This document shows positions 45,150 through 54,510 of a stretch of 64,000 nucleotides of DNA, piece after piece; position 1 is the first letter of the stretch; each line of letters starts with the position of its first letter. A program made the position numbers and the translations under genes. The stretch covers positions 124,001 through 188,000 of the forward strand of contig OW569374.1 of assembly GCA_937625935.1 (NCBI GenBank). The letters run 5' to 3'. The notes beneath the pieces are model-generated. The model did no database searches. It was not told the origin of the DNA and was given only the letters and a program-made list of their open reading frames with translations. This DNA comes from Tetramitus jugosus. Its lineage: Eukaryota > Protista > Heterolobosea.

Positions 45150-48110
45150 ATGAAAAAGAAATTCCAGTCCAGTGGTGGTGATGATCGAGATGATGTTGTT
45201 GAAGGTGGTATTTCACTTTGGCTGACAGCACTACTGATTGTTCACATGATTGGTATTCATTTCTTTACAAGTGGATTCCTGTTAACTCGGGTGCAGTTGG
45301 ATTCCAAGAGTCAGTGCACCGTGCTGCCAGCATCGCTACAACAAACTGTGAATGGCTCAAAAACGATGGACGATAAGAATTGTTGGATTCCACTGGCATC
45401 AAGTGCTCAAATGAAGCATAAGCGAGTGATTTTGTTTATTATTGATGCATTTCGGTTCGATTTTGTGTTTAAACAGGATTCGATGCCATTTCTGAATGGA
45501 TTGCTGTCGAAGCGGAGAGAAAGCCAACGTGAACAGTCCAATGCATATCCTTTATTATTCAAATTTGTGGCTGATGCGCCCACGACGACAAGCCAAAGAC
45601 TGAAAGCTTTAACAACTGGTAGTTTGCCCACTTTTATTGACGCAGGTAAAAACTTTGACTCGGATGCTGTTCAGGAAGACAATTGGGTTTATCAAATGGC
45701 GAAAAATAAGAGAAAGGTTGTTGCATTGGGTGATGATACTTGGAAGCACTTGTTTCCAACAGTAGACGCGTCGAGCCCGCTGTTTACGAGGGAGAGACTA
45801 TTTCCGTCATTTGATGTGTGGGATTTACACACTTTGGATGATTCAATATTACGATATTTGGGCGCTGAGTTGAATACGACAATGAGCGATGATGAACTAC
45901 AACAATTGTACCGATCATATGAGAGTATTGATAGAGGAGCACATGACTTTAATGAAACGGATTTCGGGAAATGGGACGTGCTAATTGCACACTTTTTAGG
46001 AGTTGATCATGCGGGTCATAGATATGGCGTTCATCACCAGGAGATGCACAATAAGTTAAAGCACATGGACTCCTTACTTCAAAATATTATTGAGAATCTG
46101 CCCGAAGACACTCTGTTGATGATGTTTGGTGATCATGGTATGGATGAAAATGGTGATCATGGAGGCGGAACTGACCAAGAGGTAAATTCTGCACTGTTCG
46201 TATACAGTAAACATGCAAGCCAGACAGCTGTAGATAATACGATTAAGGTATTCGACTCTTCCACAAACGAACAACTGAAGTACGTGGAGGAGCATGATAT
46301 TTCATTTCGAACAATCTCCCAGATTGACTTAGTACCAACACTCTCGTTTTTATTGGATGTTCCAATACCTTTCGGTAATCTAGGAACCATTATTCCAGAA
46401 GTATTTCAAAGCATATATGGAGAAAGGAACTCAATGACCTTCAATTTAGATCTAATCAGGACGAATAGCCACCAAGTTTGGTCGTATCTCACTGAGTATG
46501 CCACTACCGATTCAAGTTTATTGTCACTCGATCAAATATCTCAACTAAGAAGCCAACGAGAATCTGCCGATCAAGCATTCTCTCAAATAACTGAGCAGTC
46601 CTCCCCTTCAGAAGTATTCAACGCATTCAACAAGTATCATGATTTTTTACAAGAAGCATCACGCATATGCAGAGAACGGTGGGCTAGCTTTGATATGATG
46701 AATATGGCGCTAGGTATTGGATTGAGCTCATGTTCCACCATTGCAATCATTCTGCTTGCAATTGGAGTGAATGCAAAGCCGGCACAATTTTATGTTTATT
46801 TTTTCATATTTGAATCGATGATCTATTTTGCGATTAAGTTTGTAATCCAACCGAATAATTTAGTAACGTGGATTGGAACGTCTGGTGTATTCTTGCTCAA
46901 CAATATTGACATGATCAAGTCGTTCACGACCTTTAGTTACTTAACACTACATTTTTGGTCAATGAGCAAGAATCGAGATAATAGCCGAGAAACCGAACAT
47001 CGTTACAACCTCGTTCAAAGTGTGCAAATCTATTTGTCAATAATTATGGTTGTAGCTCTACTGGGATCAATATTTTCCAATAGTTATATTGTTTATGAGG
47101 ATCGAATAATTTTGTACTGCCTCCTGACGCAAGCCATTCTCTTTTTCATTGGAGAGAGAAGCAAGTACAAGCATCTACCATATCATATAATGTACATGTT
47201 AGCGATGAGGTATTCCTATCAGAAACTTCGTCTTCGAATTCATGGAACGCATCAAATTTTATCAGCAGTACCACAACCTTTCTCTATTAGTTCGACTGTT
47301 GTTGTTTCAATTGGAATTATTGGATGTGTTGGGTTTTCCGCCAGGAAGATGTCAACCACGATTAGAAAACTACTGGTGATGTATTATGTGGTATTGCTAG
47401 GAATCATCAGTAGTTACTGGTACTTAAATTACTATGACATAAGAACCGAAGGTGTGAACTTGCACTTGTTGCTCCCTCGTACGGTTTATTTATTGTCGTT
47501 CATATCGATATGCATCGGTTTGGTTATGGATGCAAAGCATGACACAGATATTTTGTTTCTGGTGGCCTCTATTCCATTCATTTTACTCAAGGGCCACTCG
47601 TACTTGGTAATTTGGTTGGCATTGTTTATTCAGATTAGTTGCTTTTCTGTGATCACAGAGCAGAGTCTTCGAGGTAGATCACTAGGAAGTACATGGCTGC
47701 GCATATTTCACTTGGCATTCTTCAGTCTACAGTACTTTTTTGCTCTAGGACAGCAGAACTCATTGAATACTATTCAATGGACAAGTGCCTTCGTGGGGAT
47801 CGATAATGCCCAATTATTCTTCTCGGGATTCCTAGTCATCCTTAATACCTTTAATACCAAAATTCTATTTACATTATCTCTGGCATCATTAACAAGAAAG
47901 GCAAGAAATGTGTTCGCGTTGTTCAGCGCATTGTTTTGTGCTATAGGCACTTTCACAATGTTTTGTGCATTCATTCAAAGGAGGCACCTTATGGTTTGGG
48001 CCATATTTGCTCCAAAGTTCATTTTTGATAACATCAGCACTGTGGTCATGTCCGTCATAACGATAGCAGTACTTCTGATTAAGAACAAAACAAAAAAGAA
48101 GATTGAATGA
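45150..48110 (+). CDS. PIGO: GPI ethanolamine-phosphate transferase 3 (PIG-O/GPI13)
   Basis: FTSGFLLTR, ADAPTTTSQRLKALTTGSLPTFID, HFLGVDHAGH, GDHGM, RRHLMVWAIFAPKFIF. Confidence 0.92.
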   Translation: MKKKFQSSGGDDRDDVVEGGISLWLTALLIVHMIGIHFFTSGFLLTRVQLDSKSQCTVLPASLQQTVNGSKTMDDKNCWIPLASSAQMKHKRVILFIIDAFRFDFVFKQDSMPFLNGLLSKRRESQREQSNAYPLLFKFVADAPTTTSQRLKALTTGSLPTFIDAGKNFDSDAVQEDNWVYQMAKNKRKVVALGDDTWKHLFPTVDASSPLFTRERLFPSFDVWDLHTLDDSILRYLGAELNTTMSDDELQQLYRSYESIDRGAHDFNETDFGKWDVLIAHFLGVDHAGHRYGVHHQEMHNKLKHMDSLLQNIIENLPEDTLLMMFGDHGMDENGDHGGGTDQEVNSALFVYSKHASQTAVDNTIKVFDSSTNEQLKYVEEHDISFRTISQIDLVPTLSFLLDVPIPFGNLGTIIPEVFQSIYGERNSMTFNLDLIRTNSHQVWSYLTEYATTDSSLLSLDQISQLRSQRESADQAFSQITEQSSPSEVFNAFNKYHDFLQEASRICRERWASFDMMNMALGIGLSSCSTIAIILLAIGVNAKPAQFYVYFFIFESMIYFAIKFVIQPNNLVTWIGTSGVFLLNNIDMIKSFTTFSYLTLHFWSMSKNRDNSRETEHRYNLVQSVQIYLSIIMVVALLGSIFSNSYIVYEDRIILYCLLTQAILFFIGERSKYKHLPYHIMYMLAMRYSYQKLRLRIHGTHQILSAVPQPFSISSTVVVSIGIIGCVGFSARKMSTTIRKLLVMYYVVLLGIISSYWYLNYYDIRTEGVNLHLLLPRTVYLLSFISICIGLVMDAKHDTDILFLVASIPFILLKGHSYLVIWLALFIQISCFSVITEQSLRGRSLGSTWLRIFHLAFFSLQYFFALGQQNSLNTIQWTSAFVGIDNAQLFFSGFLVILNTFNTKILFTLSLASLTRKARNVFALFSALFCAIGTFTMFCAFIQRRHLMVWAIFAPKFIFDNISTVVMSVITIAVLLIKNKTKKKIE

Positions 48111-48384
48111 AGGAAGCCAGACACACGTTTTCGGCTTGTCAGCTTCCCGTGTAGCGGCACACACTGCATAATGGCACGAAATTTTCAGCTTTTAAATTTA
48201 ACAACAACAAATAGTGCTCCGTTTCCGCAAACTTTTATTTTTCTTTTGTGTGAGAGCAGGCTTGCTCAATTGCCTTACATGATGTGGTGCTTGTCCAGTG
48301 GAGTCCCTCTTGCGAGTGTGGTCCACACAGCATAGCGTGGGTTCTCATACTCTCGAACATTTTTGGGATTTCGCCTCATCTGGT

Positions 48385-48511
48385 TGTTTTTTTTTGATAC
48401 AACGCGCAGTTTCTCACTTTATTGTTTATCATTCTTTCCATTAGTTTCACTTAGCCATTGTGCCGCTCGAAGAGCGTCACTTGTCTTACCTTTCAGTAAC
48501 GCTCGAAGAGC
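48385..48511 (-). mobile_element. ~127-bp 3'-UTR-only copy of the non-LTR element, 49 bp upstream of tRNA-Asn
   Basis: Near-identical to 26741-26867; A9 tail; 18-bp TSD gatttcgcctcatctggt at 48367-84 and 48512-29. Confidence 0.92.
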
Positions 48512-48560
48512 GATTTCGCCTCATCTGGTAAAAAATACTGGATATGATCTAAAAATGTAA

Positions 48561-48633
48561 TCCTCCATGGCTCAGTTGGTAGAGCGTCAGGCTGTTAACC
48601 TGCAGGTCGTTGGTTCGAGCCCAACTGGAGGAG
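48561..48633 (+). tRNA. tRNA-Asn (GTT)
   Basis: Acceptor stem tcctcca/tggagga, D-arm gctcagttggtagagc, anticodon loop ctGTTaa, T-arm gttggttcgagcccaac, TTTT shortly downstream. Confidence 0.95.
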
Positions 48634-48648
48634 ATCACCTTTTGGAGT

Positions 48649-49686
48649 TTACAAGAACTGTTGCAATAACTTTACTGTTTGGCAGTGGGCATCGATTACC
48701 TGATCCATGGTGTTTCGCTTTGGATAACCGCCACCCATGGTGACAACAATTGGTACTTGATTGGTCTTGGCGAATTGATACACCATCATATCTCTTTGTT
48801 TCAATCCCTCGAGCGTCAACTTGAGCCTACCTAATCGGTCATTCTGCAACGGATCCACTCCTGCTTGATAGAAGATGACGTCAGGATAGGAGAATCCAGT
48901 CCTTTGCTGAAATCGTCCAAGTAACATTTGTAATGAAGATCTCAATTGTTCGAGATACTCCACATCCTCCATACCATCTGCCAGAGAGATATCCATAGAG
49001 CTGGAAGGTTTGAACAATGGAAAGTTTGTTGCACTGTGCATGGAGAATGTAAAAGCATGATCTTCTAACCGACCATTGTTCGAGTTCAGATATTGGCAAA
49101 TTGTGGCAGTTCCATCTCCCTGATGAACATCTAGATCTATGACCAAGTAGTTACGAACTAGTCCCTCTCTGCAAAGTGTTTCCGCAGCAATGACAATATC
49201 ATTGAAGACACAGTATCCACTACCATAGTTGAAATGGGCATGGTGACTCCCACCAGCCAAGCAAGCACTCTGTTTTGGTTCATCTTCTTCAAACAACGAT
49301 AGAGCAGCATCGACCGTAGCTCCATTGAACATCAGGGTGCTCTCCACTAAGGTTCTACTCCATTGTAGGCCAATCCTTCGCATAATCTTTTCATCCAGTG
49401 TACCATCCAGAAATTGGTTCACGTAGATCTCATCATGTGCATAGCACAGGCGAGTGTGAGAAACAGGGGTTGGACATCTGAAATCGAACATGACCTCACC
49501 TGGATCTATCTGACGCAAACGATCTGGGATCAGTGACCATTTCTCGTACTTACCTGCGGTTTCAGGAACTACAAACAAGGGAGATGTGAAGCATGACAGT
49601 CTTCTCTTCATATATGATGATGCAGATGGGAATAATCGCAAGATGGAAATGATTTTGTTGTTGTCTGTTGAACAGTGCAGGAACAA
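48649..49686 (-). CDS. Histone deacetylase family (class IV/bacterial-like) deacylase; start uncertain
   Basis: GGSHHAH, GYCVFND, IDLDVHQGDGT, YQAGVD, GGGY. Confidence 0.9.
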   Translation of the reverse strand: MFLHCSTDNNKIISILRLFPSASSYMKRRLSCFTSPLFVVPETAGKYEKWSLIPDRLRQIDPGEVMFDFRCPTPVSHTRLCYAHDEIYVNQFLDGTLDEKIMRRIGLQWSRTLVESTLMFNGATVDAALSLFEEDEPKQSACLAGGSHHAHFNYGSGYCVFNDIVIAAETLCREGLVRNYLVIDLDVHQGDGTATICQYLNSNNGRLEDHAFTFSMHSATNFPLFKPSSSMDISLADGMEDVEYLEQLRSSLQMLLGRFQQRTGFSYPDVIFYQAGVDPLQNDRLGRLKLTLEGLKQRDMMVYQFAKTNQVPIVVTMGGGYPKRNTMDQVIDAHCQTVKLLQQFL

Positions 49687-49710
49687 TTCCGTTTTGTGGC
49701 ATTTTTAGAT

Positions 49711-51792
49711 TTATGAGTCTTGTTGGAACTTGGACACTAAGAAGCGCATGGAAATGGCATCTAGAGGAGACTTCAATTCACGCCACAACGCTTCCATTCT
49801 CTTCAGGTTATCCTTATTCCTCTCACTCTCAATATCTCGGCCTGATATGCACTGTTTTGCGTTGGGTCCACTTCGGAACGTCCATATGAGAGAGGACATT
49901 TTGTCAGAAACATCTTGCTCGTAAGCCAGCACTTGTGTCATATCGCCTCTGGATTTGTCTGTTAGAGTAATATTGAAGTGATCTCGCATGAATTCTTGGC
50001 ACTTGTCATGAATGAACCAATCACTGGCAAATAATTTAGTAACGATTGGAAAACAGTGCATGTCGACAGCTTTCAGTAACAAATCACTCTTCTGTAAGCT
50101 ACCAACTGATTCGAAAGATAAAACAGGTTTGGAGTGTCTACTGTATGCATGTAGTAAAAATCTCATCCATGGAGAAAGTCTATCGAAAGAAGCTTGGGGA
50201 ATCATATTGCTAATATCGATACCACATATGTGGGGAAGAGTGTCCATATTGGGATAAAATTCTGAGAGCCCTTCTGGCATTTGGAACATCTTGTGATTAA
50301 TGAAACGACGAGCCCAGATATTAGCATGATTGCGAAGCATGACTGCATCTACTGGCATTCCTCCAAAAGCTAGTCTCGAAAGAAGAGCTTTAATAAGGGA
50401 GGCTTCGAGAGGATGAAGGTTCGACAATGTTTGTTGGTTGATGACTTTCGATACATCTTGTTCTTTCAGTTCTCTTCTTTCCTTCCATTCGAAATCTCTC
50501 CATTCGCAAGAAGCAATTTCATACACAAACTGAAGACAGTAGTTAACATCATTTAACGAAGGCTTATATCCTTTTGAACAAGCCATCATCAACCATATGA
50601 TTACAGGATAACCAGGATGCAATAAACTATCTTCGCACATAACTACAGGTATTCTTCGAATGAATTCAGTGAAATCAGATAGCATCAGTTCCTTCGCAGC
50701 TCGGACAGCCGAATCAGGTCTACACATACGAACACTCTTTTGGATCAAACTTTTCAGAAATGATGCTGAAAATGTCGTAGAGGGACCCTCTGATGCCCAA
50801 GAGACAACCCTGTTCGGAGATGATGAACTAAGATCCAAGTGTATGGGAAACTTGATTTTGGTGTCATTGTTTTTAAGTCGAACAGGACAATCAGCATTCC
50901 ACTGGTATTGATTTAGAAGTGGATCAATCTGATCCGAAGAAACATCTTCTGCATCCCCCATCAAACATTGATCCAATACAGAGGCAATTGTTTGCTTGTC
51001 ATTGTCAACAATGTTTGCACCCAACAAATGTTGCTTTGCAGTTTTGAATGACGATAAACTGAAATCGGAATCCATGGTGTCGTTAGTGTTCTGAGTGTTC
51101 ATTCGCATCTTACTCATATCGACCCTAATCTTCTCGAAGGAATCTATTGTATGACCTGAGAACTCTTGAGCATCTTTCATCACCTTATCAAATCCATAAT
51201 ACTGTACATCACCATGTCGGATCAGTCCTTCACTTTCAATCTTGCTTGATTTCACACTCATATCCGTAAGTTTCTTTTGTACAACACGCTTCACAAAGAA
51301 AGAAGTGAGAGCTTGTTCATTGTGCCAATTCCACGAATAAATGCCTGTATTGACATGACAAAGGTCATGCGAACGATCCACAAACGAAAACTGCAACAAA
51401 AATTGTTCATCTGCAGCTTTGTTCACGGAACACGGAAAACTTGAAGGAATGGAGCTCATAATCCGTTCATTCGTCTCTTCACTCTTCAGCTTCCCACCTT
51501 CTTGCTTGACACCACAAGAAGAAGCATCATCAGACACCAAAGAGTTAAGCTCAACAAATGATTGTGCTTGACTCAACAGCTCACACTCCTCAAAATGCAC
51601 ATCAAATGTTTGCAAGTAAACACTCTTGGCGCACAGTGGACATTGCACGTAGTTAGAACCGCTCTCGGTTACACTCGGATAGATGGAGTTCTTCTTTGTT
51701 TCTTTCCTCCTTTTGGTTGGAGTGGTTGTTTGCTTAGTAGTCTTGACTTTCTTCGAAACAGGTTGACCAGTGAGTGTCTGTTGTCTCTTCAT
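49711..51792 (-). CDS. Uncharacterised protein with UBZ-like zinc finger and MgsA/WRNIP1 C-terminal-like helical region
   Basis: VQCPLCAKSV...FDVHFEEC; KSLIQKSVRM...AA..L...RRIPVVMCED. Confidence 0.55.
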   Translation of the reverse strand: MKRQQTLTGQPVSKKVKTTKQTTTPTKRRKETKKNSIYPSVTESGSNYVQCPLCAKSVYLQTFDVHFEECELLSQAQSFVELNSLVSDDASSCGVKQEGGKLKSEETNERIMSSIPSSFPCSVNKAADEQFLLQFSFVDRSHDLCHVNTGIYSWNWHNEQALTSFFVKRVVQKKLTDMSVKSSKIESEGLIRHGDVQYYGFDKVMKDAQEFSGHTIDSFEKIRVDMSKMRMNTQNTNDTMDSDFSLSSFKTAKQHLLGANIVDNDKQTIASVLDQCLMGDAEDVSSDQIDPLLNQYQWNADCPVRLKNNDTKIKFPIHLDLSSSSPNRVVSWASEGPSTTFSASFLKSLIQKSVRMCRPDSAVRAAKELMLSDFTEFIRRIPVVMCEDSLLHPGYPVIIWLMMACSKGYKPSLNDVNYCLQFVYEIASCEWRDFEWKERRELKEQDVSKVINQQTLSNLHPLEASLIKALLSRLAFGGMPVDAVMLRNHANIWARRFINHKMFQMPEGLSEFYPNMDTLPHICGIDISNMIPQASFDRLSPWMRFLLHAYSRHSKPVLSFESVGSLQKSDLLLKAVDMHCFPIVTKLFASDWFIHDKCQEFMRDHFNITLTDKSRGDMTQVLAYEQDVSDKMSSLIWTFRSGPNAKQCISGRDIESERNKDNLKRMEALWRELKSPLDAISMRFLVSKFQQDS

Positions 51793-51964
51793 TTTTCCTA
51801 GTCCTGCGTGTGCACTGTTGTCTGAACATTGCTTGAAGAAACATATTTTGACGCTTCCAGAATTTTGGTGAACTGTAACGGACACTTCAAATAGTCCATT
51901 CATTGAATCCGTCAACGCCAAATACAGGTGGTTTACGATTAAGTTATTACAAGCTCCAGTTTTA

Positions 51965-53494
51965 TTAAGCAGATGTTGCTGCGTGCTTTTTAAGAAGCAA
52001 ATATTCTTTCTTAATCTTGGTTGTTACTAAGGTTTCCACAATAGGTTCATGTGTCTGTGGGTTGATATGAGATGGGAATTCGAATCGATAGGTCTGCAAG
52101 ATCCTGGACACAACAGCCATGATCTCCATCATAGCAAATTGTTTTCCAACACAGGTTCTAGCACCATAGCTGAATGTTAGGAAAGTAGAAGGGTCATATT
52201 TCTCATTGAAACGCTCTGGCTTGAAAATGTGAGGTTCCTTCCAGTCCTCCTCATTCATGTGAGCAATATATGTATTCACCAATATGTTTGTTCCTTTAGG
52301 AATTTTGTAGCCCCCCAACTTATCTGCCACTGCTGCTACCTTTGGTACTGCAACTATAGGACTATGCATCCTTAAGCACTCATAAATGCAGTTATGAAGA
52401 TATGGCAACGAAGCACGATCATCATATGTGAAGCTTCTTCCCTTTAGTACCCTATCAAGTTCCTCGATACACTTCATCTGAACATCAGGATTCTTCGCCA
52501 GGTCACAGAATAGATGTCCCATGACAGTTGCTGATGTCTCATGACCTGCAAACAAAAATATGAAGGCATCCGCTAACATCTCTTGGTCTGTCAGTTTGGA
52601 TTTTCCTTCACCCAATTCATTTGACTTCAATAAAAGACTGATCAGATCTGATCGCTCTTCATAACCATATGTCTTTCTTTGATTCAAGAGTTCGAGGAGA
52701 TAGTTCTCAACTGCTGTCTTCGCACTCCAAATTGGAGGACACCAGCTGATCACGGAAGGAGGAAGGATTGACCACAACACCACTGCCCAGGTGCTGGTGG
52801 TTGCTAGAGCGCGGTAAAAGGACATGGCTTGCTTTGACTCATCCAATTTAATCAGGTTGAGGTCCTTTGTTGGACCGTCTTTAAACACACCCAAATCAAC
52901 ACCAAAGTTTGATTTGCCAATAATGTCCATTGTCACATCAGTTAGATCGCTGTTCACCTCCATAGCTTTGTTATCATCTTTGTTAAATATTCGTTCCAAC
53001 AAAAGATCAGCGGATTGAATAGAGACCGACACTAAGTATTTCAACATATTGGGAAGGAAAGCTGGCTCGACAACCTTGTGATGTCTTTGATGCTCGTATC
53101 CACCAGCTACAGTCACAATGTTAGGGCCATACATAGTGAGACCGGAATACAAAGTAGTTGGCTTGTAGTAGTTCTCCTTGTTATGGATCATGACCTTCTT
53201 GGCTACTTCCTTGCTGTTGACAAATACATATGTTGACAACCCAGAAGTGACTTTGAACACTTTTTCTTTTCTGAATAGAGAGCTCAATTCAACCATGGTC
53301 TTAAAGTTTCCTCGAAAGAGATAAGGGCCAAAGAATGGAATAGGGAAAGCAAAAGGTGATTCAGGAAGAATTTGGCAGACACCAGGAATGTGCTTATATT
53401 TGGCACATTGCTTATAGTACTTGTAGAAGTACGGCAAAAGGCTGATTGCTATGACTACAGCAGCTTTGAGTATCAGTTCAATAATATCACTCAT
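51965..53494 (-). CDS. Cytochrome P450
   Basis: N-terminal TM, AGHETS, ECLR, PERF, FSYGARTCVG heme motif. Confidence 0.95.
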   Translation of the reverse strand: MSDIIELILKAAVVIAISLLPYFYKYYKQCAKYKHIPGVCQILPESPFAFPIPFFGPYLFRGNFKTMVELSSLFRKEKVFKVTSGLSTYVFVNSKEVAKKVMIHNKENYYKPTTLYSGLTMYGPNIVTVAGGYEHQRHHKVVEPAFLPNMLKYLVSVSIQSADLLLERIFNKDDNKAMEVNSDLTDVTMDIIGKSNFGVDLGVFKDGPTKDLNLIKLDESKQAMSFYRALATTSTWAVVLWSILPPSVISWCPPIWSAKTAVENYLLELLNQRKTYGYEERSDLISLLLKSNELGEGKSKLTDQEMLADAFIFLFAGHETSATVMGHLFCDLAKNPDVQMKCIEELDRVLKGRSFTYDDRASLPYLHNCIYECLRMHSPIVAVPKVAAVADKLGGYKIPKGTNILVNTYIAHMNEEDWKEPHIFKPERFNEKYDPSTFLTFSYGARTCVGKQFAMMEIMAVVSRILQTYRFEFPSHINPQTHEPIVETLVTTKIKKEYLLLKKHAATSA

Positions 53495-53906
53495 GTTCTT
53501 TGTTGTTATAGTAGATTACAGTTGTTATGGTTTGTTGTTGTCCTTTGATTGTTTAGAAATAATTGACTAAAATTCACTCAATTTTAAATGTCTCGTGAGC
53601 TTTGCGGGATCCTTCCTGAATTGAAGGATGTCTTCCTGCATTTCGTGAAAACCGAAGCGGAATATTTTTCGTTTCCGTAAATTTCTCGAGTTCGCTGTGT
53701 ATCCTGAAGTTCCATTTTTTTCTGGTAGACTGAAAGGCGGGAGCGATCGACTGTAGTTTGATATGTTGAGTGATGGTTTGTTCTTCATTCTGCATGGTGA
53801 TGGGTTTTGTTGTTGTGGCCATCTCGTTCGATTTTGATCCAAATCCCAAACTCGAAACTGGTGATCAACATCAAAAAAAATACAGGAAACAACAACAAAC
53901 AAAATC

Positions 53907-54326
53907 ATGTCTTCTACATTGCCTCACAGACGTATTATTCGATTGCCTTACACGCACAGCACTGCTGGTGAATACACACCATCCAACATTGTTCAAGGAA
54001 CACCAAAAGCAATGACAAACAACATGCACACGGATCCTTTCTCTGGCAGGTTCCATACTGGTGTTTGGGCAAGCTCTCCTGGTAAATGGAGCTTTGAACA
54101 AACTGACTCTGAAGAGTTTTGCATTTTGGTCGAGGGAAAGGCACGGTTGACTGGAATCGACGGAGTTTCTGAGACTTTTCAAGCAGGAGATGCTCTGATC
54201 ATTCCATTGGGCTTTAAGGGCACGTGGGAAACTTTGGAGCCATTGAGAAAGTTTTATGCTGTTTGTGAGCGCAGAGAAGAAGACACCAAGACAAATGACA
54301 AGCAACAACTGAACTCAAAATTGTAA
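53907..54326 (+). CDS. Cupin_3 (DUF861/EutQ-like) protein
   Basis: GVWASSPGKW, EEFCILVEG, GDALIIPLGFKGTWE, LRKFY. Confidence 0.85.
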   Translation: MSSTLPHRRIIRLPYTHSTAGEYTPSNIVQGTPKAMTNNMHTDPFSGRFHTGVWASSPGKWSFEQTDSEEFCILVEGKARLTGIDGVSETFQAGDALIIPLGFKGTWETLEPLRKFYAVCERREEDTKTNDKQQLNSKL

Positions 54327-54510
54327 ATTAAAACACTCAATTTGCTGTCTCCATGCACGTTATCTTTCGCTCGGGTCCAATCCTAAACTCGCTTGCAAGC
54401 AGAAGTGGAAGATTGAACCTTGTCAAGGATTGTTGTTTATTCCTATTTTTAGAGTGGAGATTCTTGCACAAAAAGCACAACCAAAAAACAACAACAAATG
54501 CTTCTGAAGC

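Noticed and set aside
53567-53908. Short minus-strand ORFs upstream of the P450 gene
   Set aside because: No motifs; two overlapping frames in a divergent promoter region, likely spurious.
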